DNA from: Candidatus Atabeyarchaeum deiterrae
Lineage (GTDB): Archaea > Asgardarchaeota > Atabeyarchaeia > Atabeyarchaeales > Atabeyarchaeaceae
Length of the DNA stretch: 64,000 nt
Direction of reading: 5' to 3'
NCBI GenBank assembly: GCA_037310415.1
Contig: CP147780.1
Span: 1,824,001-1,888,000 of the forward strand
The notes below the pieces were generated by a model, which worked only from the letters and a program-made list of their open reading frames with translations, made no database searches and was not told where the DNA came from. A program made the translations under genes and the position numbers. Below, in pieces: positions 49,320-58,969 of the stretch; position 1 is the first letter of the stretch; each line of letters opens with the position of its first letter.

Positions 49320-51575
49320 CTACTTCTTTGACATACTCTTGCGTCTGCGCATCATCATCAGCGCCGCCGCTATCACGGCGACGACAATTATAGCGGCAGC
49401 AATGATAATGACAAGTGTCAAGTCAGCAGCACCTGATGGTGGCGTAACTAGGCTGGGCATCATGTATGCGATCTCGTTCTCCCATAGTTCCAGCCTGTCT
49501 TGGTAAGTCGAGTTGTCGAGGTCACCAGCAAACTGATCGATAAGGTAACCATTGTATAAGGTATGACCATCATTGCGGAGGACTATGACAGCTTTGTCTG
49601 CCGTGGCTGAGGATGTGGTGCCTGCGAGAGCAGTGGCGTTGGCGAAGACTGTGAGCTGATCACCTTCGTCACCGTAGTCGATTATCGGTGTGAAGTTACC
49701 CGCAGCATAAGCATTCGGAGTCGTGAATATAGCATGACTTGGATTCCAAATGTATAGAGGAGCTGAACCAGGCATGTCTGACGCATAGGCGAAGCCAAGC
49801 TTAGCCCACAGTGGATGACTAGGAGAAAGGCTCACATAATAATAAGAGAAGATTAGGCGACCACCGGTATCTACGTAGTCAGAGATGTCGCTAAGGTACG
49901 CCCCAAAATCATACCACGGACAGTCGATGATTACCAAAGTCCAACTGTAGAGGTGCATCGATAGATTCAAGTATGAACGAGTGAAAGTCAAGGCAAATGG
50001 TATACCCAAGTCATTCAGCGCTTGGCACACAGGAGTTCTGTAGTAGTTGGAACTATAGGGTTCATCTACGTAGAGCAGAACATTTGCCTTTGAAGCGGTG
50101 AGCCAGTTGACAACGTTGATCGCATACTGATGGTGGCTAACGAGATTGATCCGGTTGTTGCGGAACATGCTAGTGTCTGGGATTAGGATGACGCGACCCC
50201 TTCCGTACTGTTGAGCCGCGATGATGATGTTCTGCGCATTAGTACCCCAGATTGGAAATGCAGGGCTGGTATAGTTGACGAATCCTGTTGCTAAGCAGCT
50301 AAGCTGAGTACAGCTCTCTACAGTTGGGTGCTCGACCTTATAGCTGAATGCGCCAGTATAGGCGGAGCTTGTGAGGTTGACGCGGAGATTGAAGTTCGTC
50401 AGGAGGTAGTTAACGTTTTCGTCGTAGTAGGTAATTGGGAGTCCAGGGCGTTCGCCAAAGATGATAGCGGAGCCACCGTTGCTGATCCAAGTTGTGACAG
50501 CCGATACCTCAGAGGATGTGAAGTTCAAATGCGGCAAAACGATGATAATCAGATCGTAGGGCGCTAAGTTGCTGGCAGTCAAGTTTTCAGAGGCGGACGG
50601 ATAGAGTTTATCGAAGGTATATGATCGATTCACGAGAGCGTTTCGCCATTCAGAGTGCTCTTGCGGCGTGACGGCAAGGCTATCCCAGGCATCCACTCCA
50701 TAGTCAGGCTGGTGAGAAAGGTCGTAGGCGATGCGAGCCTTTGGGTGTGGGCATAGCCAGTTTGCTGCGTCGACGATCATCTGATGAAGGCTGGGTAGGG
50801 CTTCATAGGCGTAGTCGTAGGCGAAGGTAACGACTTTGCCTCCACGATTCGTAGGGTCAAAAGCCAGAACGCTAGCGGTGTTGACATTGTCCTGAGAACG
50901 AGCAACCCGTATAAGGGCACTGTGAATCGATGAACCTTGTAGCGCTGTCCAGTTCCACCGCGCATAACCACTGCCAGTGCTGATGATGTTATTCACGTTG
51001 TAATGCTGCGAGACTGGATGCCTCGTGGTGACATTGATGTCGTTCGCAGAATACTTCCAATAAACGTTCAGACCGTTTACGCCCAGAGATTCAGGCGGTA
51101 ATATCCCAGAGTAGCAGAGGTATTCCACTCCGCTGTCGAAGATGAGCAGCCCACCTCCTCCAAGCCAGAACTCAGCTACCATGTTCGTGATGTTTTCTCG
51201 CGGGTCGTTGTCGACGATCGCCAAGACATCGTAGTCCGCTGTCTTCAGCTTATGACTTGATATGTCCTTGATGCTGAGAAGTGTTGTGCTTACTCCATGT
51301 GATTGGAGCATTGCTGCCAGCTGAGAAGCATTATTGTGAAACAAAGCAGGTCCAGAGACGTAACTTGGTTTCGTCGTGTTCGCCATATCGTAATCGTAGA
51401 TGGCGACCCGCACGGTGTGAGTCACCGATGGTACTAGGTCTGCTGTTCTTGAGTTTGTCACTGATGCAGACGTCAGATTTAGAGGTGAAGTGCAAGCAAG
51501 CATCGTTGCGGTTAACAGAAACGCGAGCGTAACAAAAGCTAGAGTTTTATGTCTGCGTTTTTCACTCTCAAACAA
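49320..51575 (-). CDS. Large secreted, C-terminally anchored protein with repeated GATase-like (DUF4350-like) domains
   Basis: Signal peptide; three modules (FWLGGGGLL, WISNGGSAI, YVDTGGRLI); many sequons; C-terminal TM+RRRK. Confidence 0.75.
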   Translation of the reverse strand: MFESEKRRHKTLAFVTLAFLLTATMLACTSPLNLTSASVTNSRTADLVPSVTHTVRVAIYDYDMANTTKPSYVSGPALFHNNASQLAAMLQSHGVSTTLLSIKDISSHKLKTADYDVLAIVDNDPRENITNMVAEFWLGGGGLLIFDSGVEYLCYSGILPPESLGVNGLNVYWKYSANDINVTTRHPVSQHYNVNNIISTGSGYARWNWTALQGSSIHSALIRVARSQDNVNTASVLAFDPTNRGGKVVTFAYDYAYEALPSLHQMIVDAANWLCPHPKARIAYDLSHQPDYGVDAWDSLAVTPQEHSEWRNALVNRSYTFDKLYPSASENLTASNLAPYDLIIIVLPHLNFTSSEVSAVTTWISNGGSAIIFGERPGLPITYYDENVNYLLTNFNLRVNLTSSAYTGAFSYKVEHPTVESCTQLSCLATGFVNYTSPAFPIWGTNAQNIIIAAQQYGRGRVILIPDTSMFRNNRINLVSHHQYAINVVNWLTASKANVLLYVDEPYSSNYYRTPVCQALNDLGIPFALTFTRSYLNLSMHLYSWTLVIIDCPWYDFGAYLSDISDYVDTGGRLIFSYYYVSLSPSHPLWAKLGFAYASDMPGSAPLYIWNPSHAIFTTPNAYAAGNFTPIIDYGDEGDQLTVFANATALAGTTSSATADKAVIVLRNDGHTLYNGYLIDQFAGDLDNSTYQDRLELWENEIAYMMPSLVTPPSGAADLTLVIIIAAAIIVVAVIAAALMMMRRRKSMSKK

Positions 51576-51693
51576 GTTTTCCTTTCCTCCCCAATAAAGG
51601 AGATGTACCTTCTAGAGAACGGATCTCCATATATCAGTTGCTGAGGGCGGTTAGTAGAGACCCAGCAGGTACGCTTCTCATATGCTTCCAGTC

Positions 51694-52317
51694 CTATTCA
51701 ATCCGCTTTCTTGGTCTCTTGCTTTCCCATCTTCTTGTTGCCCTTTGTGCTAGCAGCTGTGAGTGTTTTTCCCACTGCCCCTCGTCGCCTTTCTTTCTCC
51801 TCCAGATTCTAAACCGACATGTCTCTGCTCCGGCTGGAATTGTCCATTTGAACTCAAAGTCAAAGTTGGGGTCTATCTTCTCTCGAAGATATTTCAGAAT
51901 CCCTTCAACAAGATAACGCTGAACTCGGCAGTCGAAGGGCTTGTATGTGTCTTGATGAGGGCACCAGAGTATGTCGAATATTGCCTCTTCGGAGTTGAGG
52001 ATCTGGGGTCTTTCAATTGAACTCCAGGTAACAGTGTTCACCCATGTTGTCGCAAAACTCACCTTCTCTATGTCTGTCGTGCCTGCTGGAAACTTGGTGC
52101 CTTGAAACATCTGTTCTGCCACGTCGTGGCCCACCTTCGTCATCGCTTCGCTTGCAACTTTCTGCCCTTCAGACCCAAAGTTCTCTTCCACATCTTCCAT
52201 GATTTGTAGAACGGTCTTAGCCATGTAAGTTCCCCAGACAAGGAGTGTGGCAGGGTCAAAGTCTGGTCTTCCAGCTACCTCTCTTCTGAACGTCTCAATT
52301 GCTTTCGCGTAAGGCAT
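51694..52317 (-). CDS. ATC-hydrolase/V4R-like (HNOX clan) protein
   Basis: ENFGSEG, FDILWCP, DCRVQ, TIPAGAETCRF. Confidence 0.7.
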   Translation of the reverse strand: MPYAKAIETFRREVAGRPDFDPATLLVWGTYMAKTVLQIMEDVEENFGSEGQKVASEAMTKVGHDVAEQMFQGTKFPAGTTDIEKVSFATTWVNTVTWSSIERPQILNSEEAIFDILWCPHQDTYKPFDCRVQRYLVEGILKYLREKIDPNFDFEFKWTIPAGAETCRFRIWRRKKGDEGQWEKHSQLLAQRATRRWESKRPRKRIE

Positions 52318-52460
52318 ATTGAACTTCGTTCCTTTCCAATTCCTCTCCTTTCGTTGACCCTTTGATAGAATTCCATCGGTTATCAAACTTGGCACCCGAC
52401 CCATGATGTAACCTGAGAACCTATATATAGATCAGCCGACAAAGAATCAAAGGGCTAGCG

Positions 52461-52979
52461 ATGAGGGCGAGGACGTTTAAGGTCATCGTTGTCGGGGAAG
52501 GTGGTGTGGGGAAGACTAGCCTCGTCAGAAGATACGTGGACAGGGTTTTTACTGAAGGCACGATGTCTACTATCGGAGTGGACTTGTCTTCCAAGACTAT
52601 ATTGAACGATGGGGTGGAAGAGATCCTTCAGATTTGGGATCTGGGGGGTCAACCTAGATTCAGGAATATTGCAGACCTTTTCTTCAAGGGGGCTAGTGGC
52701 GCCATAGCAGTGTTCGATGTCACAAGGAAAGAAACCCTATGCGAGTTGAGCGATTGGATTAAACATCTGCGCTTTGTGACTGGGAGCATACCCCTAGTTT
52801 TCGTTGGAAACAAGGTGGATCTGAGAACCTCAAGAGACCATGTCTCGTCAGGCGTCTCTAGGGAAGAAGCAATCAGATTTGCACAAGATTATAGTTCACC
52901 CTATGTTGAAGCCTCAGCTAGAAAAGGCTCTGGCGTGGAAGAGGCGTTCAAGGCTCTCGTAGTAAGACTGGGAGCTTAG
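52461..52979 (+). CDS. Rab-like small GTPase
   Basis: GEGGVGKTS, TIGVD, WDLGGQ, NKVD, SAR; RabF-like LQIW, RFRNIA, FFKGA, VFDVT. Confidence 0.95.
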   Translation: MRARTFKVIVVGEGGVGKTSLVRRYVDRVFTEGTMSTIGVDLSSKTILNDGVEEILQIWDLGGQPRFRNIADLFFKGASGAIAVFDVTRKETLCELSDWIKHLRFVTGSIPLVFVGNKVDLRTSRDHVSSGVSREEAIRFAQDYSSPYVEASARKGSGVEEAFKALVVRLGA

Positions 52980-53043
52980 GTTCTGCAGTTGACTTTCTTC
53001 ACTTGCCCTGTCGTACGAAATATGAGTTTGAGAGCTGGGAAGG

Positions 53044-53544
53044 GTGGTGGATGACTTGAACGAAACTATCAGGCAGTACAGGATCTCTGACCGTGCGAGT
53101 ATGATCAAATGCATGGAAGGGTTGCAGGATTATCTTATCTCGATCGATGAAATGAGGAGAGAGAGGCGGATGCCAGGTTATGGGGAGAGCTATACGGAGA
53201 GACTGCTTATGCGAATTCGAAGAGAGGATGGCATTGCATATGTCGCTGAGGATCAGGGCAGGATCATCGGTCTCATTGCAGGTGTGATACTTCGGCAATC
53301 AAAAGAGGACTTGCTTGAGTGTGTTCCATCAAAGGATGGTAGAATACTCGAGTTATTCGTTGATCCGCAGCATCGGGGACGAGAGGTCGGCAGGATGTTG
53401 ATGGAAAAGATCGAGAGATATTTCGTTGAGAAAAAATGCGACGCTGTACACGTCGAAGTCTTCGCACCAAACCTCGACGCCCGCGCTTTCTACCGAAGAG
53501 TCGGGTACGGGGATCGGGTTGTCGACATGATGAAGAAACCGTGA
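53044..53544 (+). CDS. GNAT acetyltransferase
   Basis: LFVDPQHRGREVG, N..ARAFYRRVGY. Confidence 0.9.
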   Translation: MVDDLNETIRQYRISDRASMIKCMEGLQDYLISIDEMRRERRMPGYGESYTERLLMRIRREDGIAYVAEDQGRIIGLIAGVILRQSKEDLLECVPSKDGRILELFVDPQHRGREVGRMLMEKIERYFVEKKCDAVHVEVFAPNLDARAFYRRVGYGDRVVDMMKKP

Positions 53545-53785
53545 TAGGTCTCGGTGCGTGCGACAAAATTCGAATCTTCCATTTTCGAGACCAGCTGGAA
53601 AGCTCCACTCCTTCGGTGATGCGACATCCGCAACAATACTGAGAACCAGATGTGAAAGTAGACAAACTCTTTATTATGCCATACTATATAGGAGAGTTGT
53701 AGAACATACTAAGGAGGTCACATGCCTAGGTCCACAGTAGTCCTAGATAAAGTGTGAATAGGCAACTCGGGGGTCAGAGGCGTTC

Positions 53786-54037
53786 TTGCCTGAAAGAAAA
53801 CTTCACGACTTCCCTTGTCCAGTGTGCAAGAGTATTATCAGCGGGGTAGTGGTCAAGGAAGAAGACATACTGGGCGCGAAGCGCTCTCCGGCGCTTGTGC
53901 CAGCAAAGTGTCCCGGCAAACACGATGTGGCGTTGTATGTAGATAAGCAATTCAGAATAAGAGACGCGGAACCCCTGATTGATCCTAAGACTGCTGGAGG
54001 ATTGGACAAGGCTAGGAAGTGGATCTCTGAATTATGA
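53786..54037 (+). CDS. Small Zn-binding protein
   Basis: CPVC..CPGKH..LYVDKQFRIR; TTG start. Confidence 0.7.
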   Translation: MPERKLHDFPCPVCKSIISGVVVKEEDILGAKRSPALVPAKCPGKHDVALYVDKQFRIRDAEPLIDPKTAGGLDKARKWISEL

Positions 54038-54093
54038 GAAGCCTGGGGCCTGACCGATAGACATATCGATGAGCTGTGGGTGGGAAACAGTTC

Positions 54094-54483
54094 ATGATAC
54101 ATAATCTCTATGTATTTGATGAGAATGGACTGCCTCTTCTAACGATAAAACTTGGCAGTATAGAGGCCGATGGTGCTCTATTGACAGGCTTCCTATCAGC
54201 AATGCAGTCTTTTTCGAAGAAGATCTCACAGGGAGATGTTGAAGAGATCAACTTCAAGGACTTTAACTTTCATATCAGATCGCTTGGATCATTGTATGTT
54301 GCTCTGGTGGCTGATAAGACCGATCACGACATTGCCTTCAGGCTGGCTGAGGTCTCGAGCATTGTTGAGAAGCACAAAGACAGCCTTTCCGATAATGCAG
54401 TGCAGACAGATATTAAGAATGCCATAACAAAGAAGGTTGGCATCAGAGACAGGGCGAAAGATTGGGCGAACATAGGTCTCTAG
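54094..54483 (+). CDS. Longin-like domain protein
   Basis: MIHNLYVFDENGLPL, LLTGFLSAMQSFS, VEEINF, LYVALVAD (beta-beta-alpha-beta-beta-beta-alpha-alpha). Confidence 0.85.
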   Translation: MIHNLYVFDENGLPLLTIKLGSIEADGALLTGFLSAMQSFSKKISQGDVEEINFKDFNFHIRSLGSLYVALVADKTDHDIAFRLAEVSSIVEKHKDSLSDNAVQTDIKNAITKKVGIRDRAKDWANIGL

Positions 54484-54510
54484 TAGTCAAAGAGGAGATG
54501 ACCCGTAGAA

Positions 54511-56016
54511 ATGGAAGCATTACAAGCAGCTTCATTTGTGGTGGCAATAGCCTTTCTGCTTGCTTTTATCTCTACCCTAAGGTTCTATAGAGGCAGAGTG
54601 ACAAAGACACGAGCCGAACAGAGATCTGCACTGAGGCCTACCCTCATCATTTCAGTTTCCTTTTTGATGGGAGCGATTGCCCTCTTCGTCAATTTCTACT
54701 CACTACTGATCTACCCCGCCTTCCCAACGACATTTCCTCCACCGCTCGTCGTGGGCGTCTATCCTTGGGAGTTTGCCACTGAGTTGCTGACCCCACTGTT
54801 TGGATTCCTTGTCATGGTCGCCGTCGTCACAGCTTTGAGACGACCTCGGCTGTATGCGCTACCTGTAGCCCTACTTGCGGTGTGTTACATTCTGTCGCTG
54901 CTCTCTCCTAAGCATCCGATGGATGATCCTTTCCTTACGTTCTGGCTTACTTCAAGCTCTCTCATGATTTTTCTGCCCATGCTTCTCTTCCTTTATCTCT
55001 GGGCAAGCACTAAGAGGCCGACTGCTTTTGGGATGTTCACTGGTCTTCTGCTCTACCAGGTCTTCTACACACTTTTCTCCACAACTGAATCTGAGTACGT
55101 TGGAGTACTGGGCTTCTATGCTCCAGCGGAGTATGAGACTCACATTCTGAGATATGGCGTCTTCTATCCTTTCATATTTGTTGGCATATTGCTTGCAGTT
55201 GCTGGTCTGTCCTTTGTCATTTGGAGTTTCTTCTACTCTGAGAAGAAGCTTGGCGGGGAACTCATTGGATACTCTCTGTCGACTGCGGTCATCGGAACAG
55301 AACTCTCAATAATTCTTCTATCACTGGGGACCTTCGCGATTGGGTACTCTATTACGCTCCTCATAACAGCGTTTGGAGCAGGTATCTTCATTCTTACAGG
55401 TTCATACTTATACGGTCGGTATAGAGAGAGTCGTCATACCCAGACATTGATGCTTTCGATTTTCTCGTATTTCGCAGGTTTGAGTTTCTTAATGTTCAAC
55501 ATTGGTCAGCACATCTACCTACTATATGGGCGTCTTGCCTGGTTTGACATAGTGACGCTAACGCTTGGATTGCTCACTGGTGGTTTCCTGTTCCTTGCAG
55601 CGATAACTGCCATGGAGCGAAGATCCCTAGTTTTACTCCCGCCTGCGGTGATAATCCCTCTATTCATTATGTCACTGCTATTCATGCCTTTACCTCCATG
55701 GCTTCTTGCTGTTATGGCTGGAGCAGCGCTGCTGATGACTGTTCTTCCGGGCGTGATGTTCTTTGTTCTTTGGAGAAGAATGAGTAAGGGAAAGGAGAAA
55801 GGGAGAGGTCGAGTCTTAGGAATATTTCTTGGATTCCTCTTTTTGATATTGTCTTCCCCGATCTTGATCCTGAGCTCCACGGTTCCTGATCCAATAGCGT
55901 TCGTAGCCTCAATTGTGGGAATAGCCGGTTCGATTCTAGCATTCGTTGGATCATTCCTCTTCTATCTAGGTGTCTCAGGTAGATTGGACAGGTGGTTCCA
56001 CGAACGGAGGCACTAG
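54511..56016 (+). CDS. About 15-TM membrane protein made of two 7-TM repeats
   Basis: Internal repeat visible (see findings); no transporter motif recognised. Confidence 0.75.
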   Translation: MEALQAASFVVAIAFLLAFISTLRFYRGRVTKTRAEQRSALRPTLIISVSFLMGAIALFVNFYSLLIYPAFPTTFPPPLVVGVYPWEFATELLTPLFGFLVMVAVVTALRRPRLYALPVALLAVCYILSLLSPKHPMDDPFLTFWLTSSSLMIFLPMLLFLYLWASTKRPTAFGMFTGLLLYQVFYTLFSTTESEYVGVLGFYAPAEYETHILRYGVFYPFIFVGILLAVAGLSFVIWSFFYSEKKLGGELIGYSLSTAVIGTELSIILLSLGTFAIGYSITLLITAFGAGIFILTGSYLYGRYRESRHTQTLMLSIFSYFAGLSFLMFNIGQHIYLLYGRLAWFDIVTLTLGLLTGGFLFLAAITAMERRSLVLLPPAVIIPLFIMSLLFMPLPPWLLAVMAGAALLMTVLPGVMFFVLWRRMSKGKEKGRGRVLGIFLGFLFLILSSPILILSSTVPDPIAFVASIVGIAGSILAFVGSFLFYLGVSGRLDRWFHERRH

Positions 56017-56022
56017 GACGTA

Positions 56023-56565
56023 ATGATCAAGAAGAACGTGTTTAAGATCATCATAGTTGGGGAAGGCGGCGTAGGCAAGACCAGCCTTGTCAAAAGACAC
56101 GTAGATGAATCTTTCAAAGAAGACATGAAGATGACCATAGGAGTAGACTTGAGCGTCAAGAGGATGAGAGTGAATGATGAGGAAAGAATGCTTCAGATCT
56201 GGGATCTGGGAGGGCAACCCCACTTCAAGAGCGTTGCTGACCTATACTTCAAAGGAGCACACGGCATGATGTCTGTCTTCGATGTCACCAGAAGGGCATC
56301 CATGGATAGACTAGTCGACTGGATTGACCGCGTCTATGCTACTGTCGGACAAATACCTATGGTAGTAGTCGGAAACAAGGTGGATTTGAGGAACCCTGGT
56401 GAAGGTATAGCAGGAGTGAGCAAAGAAGAAGGAAGAGAGTTTGCAACCAGATACCAGTCACCATATCTTGAGACCTCTGCCAAAGATGGCTCAGGAGTAG
56501 ATGCGGCATTCCAAGATCTCGTCAGCACGTTGTGCCGTGAGAGTCAGTCAATCAAGCCTCCTTAA
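56023..56565 (+). CDS. Rab-like small GTPase
   Basis: GEGGVGKTS, TIGVD, WDLGGQ, NKVD, SAK; paralogue of 52461. Confidence 0.95.
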   Translation: MIKKNVFKIIIVGEGGVGKTSLVKRHVDESFKEDMKMTIGVDLSVKRMRVNDEERMLQIWDLGGQPHFKSVADLYFKGAHGMMSVFDVTRRASMDRLVDWIDRVYATVGQIPMVVVGNKVDLRNPGEGIAGVSKEEGREFATRYQSPYLETSAKDGSGVDAAFQDLVSTLCRESQSIKPP

Positions 56566-56781
56566 TCTTGGTTCCCTTTCCGAAAACCCTCTGTGGTCGA
56601 CAACCGTGCCCCTAGATATCTTTTGCTGGAATCCTACACAGTTAGTGCAGATCAGGCATATGATCCAACAAGACCGAAATCGATCTTCTGGTTACATCCA
56701 CCACCTTTAAGAGCAGGTCACCGAGTAAATAAGAACACCTTAAGCACGGGTCGACGAGAATCGCTGTGACCGGGATGTCAG

Positions 56782-58056
56782 ATGAATCCAACCAAGATAG
56801 ATGCGGGTCAACGACTCAAGAGCGTCTATCTTCTAGCATTTGCTAACGCGTTTTGGGCGGCTGGTTACGGGATGTATGGTTATATATTCCCGAATTTCCT
56901 CAAATCAGTAGGTGCGACTTCTGCCGATGTTGGTTTCGTGGCTACCATTCTGATCTTGCTTCAAGCTGTCACCTATATTCCTGGAGGCATCCTCAGTGAT
57001 GCAGGACACAGAAGAGCACTTATCATAGCATCATGGCTGCTGCCTGCTTTCGCACCCCTTTTCTTCATCGAAGCCGAGGCGACTCATTCATGGTTGAATA
57101 CGATTCCAGGGATCTTACTATTCGCCAGCGGTTGGATAGGTGCCCCAGCAGTTCAATCATATGTCAGCGAAGCGTCATCATTTGGAAAGAGAGGGCTTGC
57201 TTTTGGAATAATGGTGTCTTCTGGTCCTTTGGGACTTGTCCCATCTCCGCTAATCGGTGGTCTAATTTATGATCAATATGGGATTACGACTCTTTTCCAG
57301 GTAGCATTTGCTCTATACGTTATTTCCACTGCAATGGTCCTGGCGGTCCCGAGATTGAAGGGAGACTATGTCCACAGAGAGGCTCATCTAGTTGAGAAAC
57401 CCGCGAAACCGCTAGAACAAAAAAGCCGAAGCAATGCCTACGAAACAGGAGTTAAGAGTATCAAGGCCAAAAAAAGCCGTACAGGAAGCAACACGGGCAT
57501 TCTACTAAGGCGACTCGTCCCCATGGTCATTCTGAGTTGTCTCTTTCTTGGTTTGGTATACATCGGATCTTCCTTCGTCTCCCTATATCTGATGGAAGAA
57601 TATGGTTATCCTTACAGTCTGATACAGATCATGTTCGCTATTCAGAATCTGTCATCAGCCGTCGTAGTCACCCTACTCGGCAAACTAAGCGACAGATATC
57701 CACCAGCCAACAAATTAGCGCTGGTCGCGATACCTGCAATTGCACTGATCATGGGATACTCTATCCTGCTCCTAACATCAAACCCAGTAGTTCTATCCTT
57801 GGCTTTCGTGTTCATTGGTTCGGTTTCTGCCCTCTTCCCGATAGTCTTCAGCGTAGTGGGTGAGCTTAGCAAGGGGGGGCATGCTGCCCGAAGCTTTAGC
57901 ATAATCATGACTATCCTCTATGTAGCTGAGGCGTCGACGCCTTTCCTTGGGGGCGTCCTATACGGCATCTCGGCGCAGTTGCCTTTCGTCTTAATGCTAA
58001 GTTTAAGTCCTCTCGTGTTTGCATTAACGGTATACGCGCGCAGGAAAACACACTGA
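56782..58056 (+). CDS. MFS transporter (12 TM)
   Basis: GGILSDAGHRR, GKLSDRY, PLIGG. Confidence 0.9.
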   Translation: MNPTKIDAGQRLKSVYLLAFANAFWAAGYGMYGYIFPNFLKSVGATSADVGFVATILILLQAVTYIPGGILSDAGHRRALIIASWLLPAFAPLFFIEAEATHSWLNTIPGILLFASGWIGAPAVQSYVSEASSFGKRGLAFGIMVSSGPLGLVPSPLIGGLIYDQYGITTLFQVAFALYVISTAMVLAVPRLKGDYVHREAHLVEKPAKPLEQKSRSNAYETGVKSIKAKKSRTGSNTGILLRRLVPMVILSCLFLGLVYIGSSFVSLYLMEEYGYPYSLIQIMFAIQNLSSAVVVTLLGKLSDRYPPANKLALVAIPAIALIMGYSILLLTSNPVVLSLAFVFIGSVSALFPIVFSVVGELSKGGHAARSFSIIMTILYVAEASTPFLGGVLYGISAQLPFVLMLSLSPLVFALTVYARRKTH

Positions 58057-58166
58057 TGTTCAAAGTCAAGGTTGATTCTCATTTGCATATGAGCGCAATC
58101 GATCAGCCTGTCCTGCATTGCAGCTCAGGCTTTCCCTCAACTGTCGTGCGTAGGAGGAAGTCAATC

Positions 58167-58706
58167 GTGGGAAAAAGCGATGAATTGTCCATTAAGGGTT
58201 CCGTGATTCGCTTAGTAACTGGGGATATTACCGAACTCGATGTTGATGCAATAGTAAACGCGGCCAACTCGTACCTTAAGATGGGTGGGGGAGTTGCCGG
58301 TGCGATTCTTCGAAAGGGCGGAAGAAGGATCCAAGACGAATGCGACCGGATTGGTTACTGTCCTGTAGGGAGTGCGGTTATTACTACTGGGGGCGATCTC
58401 AGAGCCAAATACGTCATACATGCTGTTGGACCAAGAAATGGAGAAGGAGAGGAGGAAGACAAGCTAAGAAACGCTACATTGAGTAGTCTGAAATTAGCAG
58501 ACAAATATGATCTGAAGAGTACAGCATTCCCAGCGATCTCGACGGGAATATTCGGCTTCCCCGGAGACAGATGTGCAAGAGTAATGGTCCCGACGGTAAA
58601 GTCATACCTGCTGAACGAGAGAACAAGTCTGAAGCTAGTGGTCTTCTGTTTGTACGACAAGGACACTTCCCGAATCTTCAAAACTGAGCTGGAGAGATCA
58701 GTCTGA
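58167..58706 (+). CDS. Macro domain protein (O-acetyl-ADP-ribose deacetylase-like)
   Basis: GDIT, DAIVNAAN, GGGVAGAI, IHAVGP, FPAISTGIFG. GTG start after AGGAGG. Confidence 0.95.
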   Translation: MGKSDELSIKGSVIRLVTGDITELDVDAIVNAANSYLKMGGGVAGAILRKGGRRIQDECDRIGYCPVGSAVITTGGDLRAKYVIHAVGPRNGEGEEEDKLRNATLSSLKLADKYDLKSTAFPAISTGIFGFPGDRCARVMVPTVKSYLLNERTSLKLVVFCLYDKDTSRIFKTELERSV

Positions 58707-58969
58707 CTGATATTCTTGAAGACGGTCCACTTCGATTAAAGAGTTAAGGCAAATCTGAACACCTTGCTCTTGCGACAACCAAGCTACTTGTTCTTGTATT
58801 TCTTCATATGTGATTTTGTGGAAAAATGTGGGTATGTGCTGTGATGTCCTTGTGAGAATATCAGGGTAATACCACTTCTCGATAGTTTTTTATACAAATT
58901 CATCCTTCTTCTTAGAAAATAGGAAGGAAAACTGCGAATTTACCAAAACTCGTATCGGGGAGTAGTATC

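Noticed and set aside
54511-56016. Rhodopsin
   Set aside because: No Lys in the seventh helix of either repeat.
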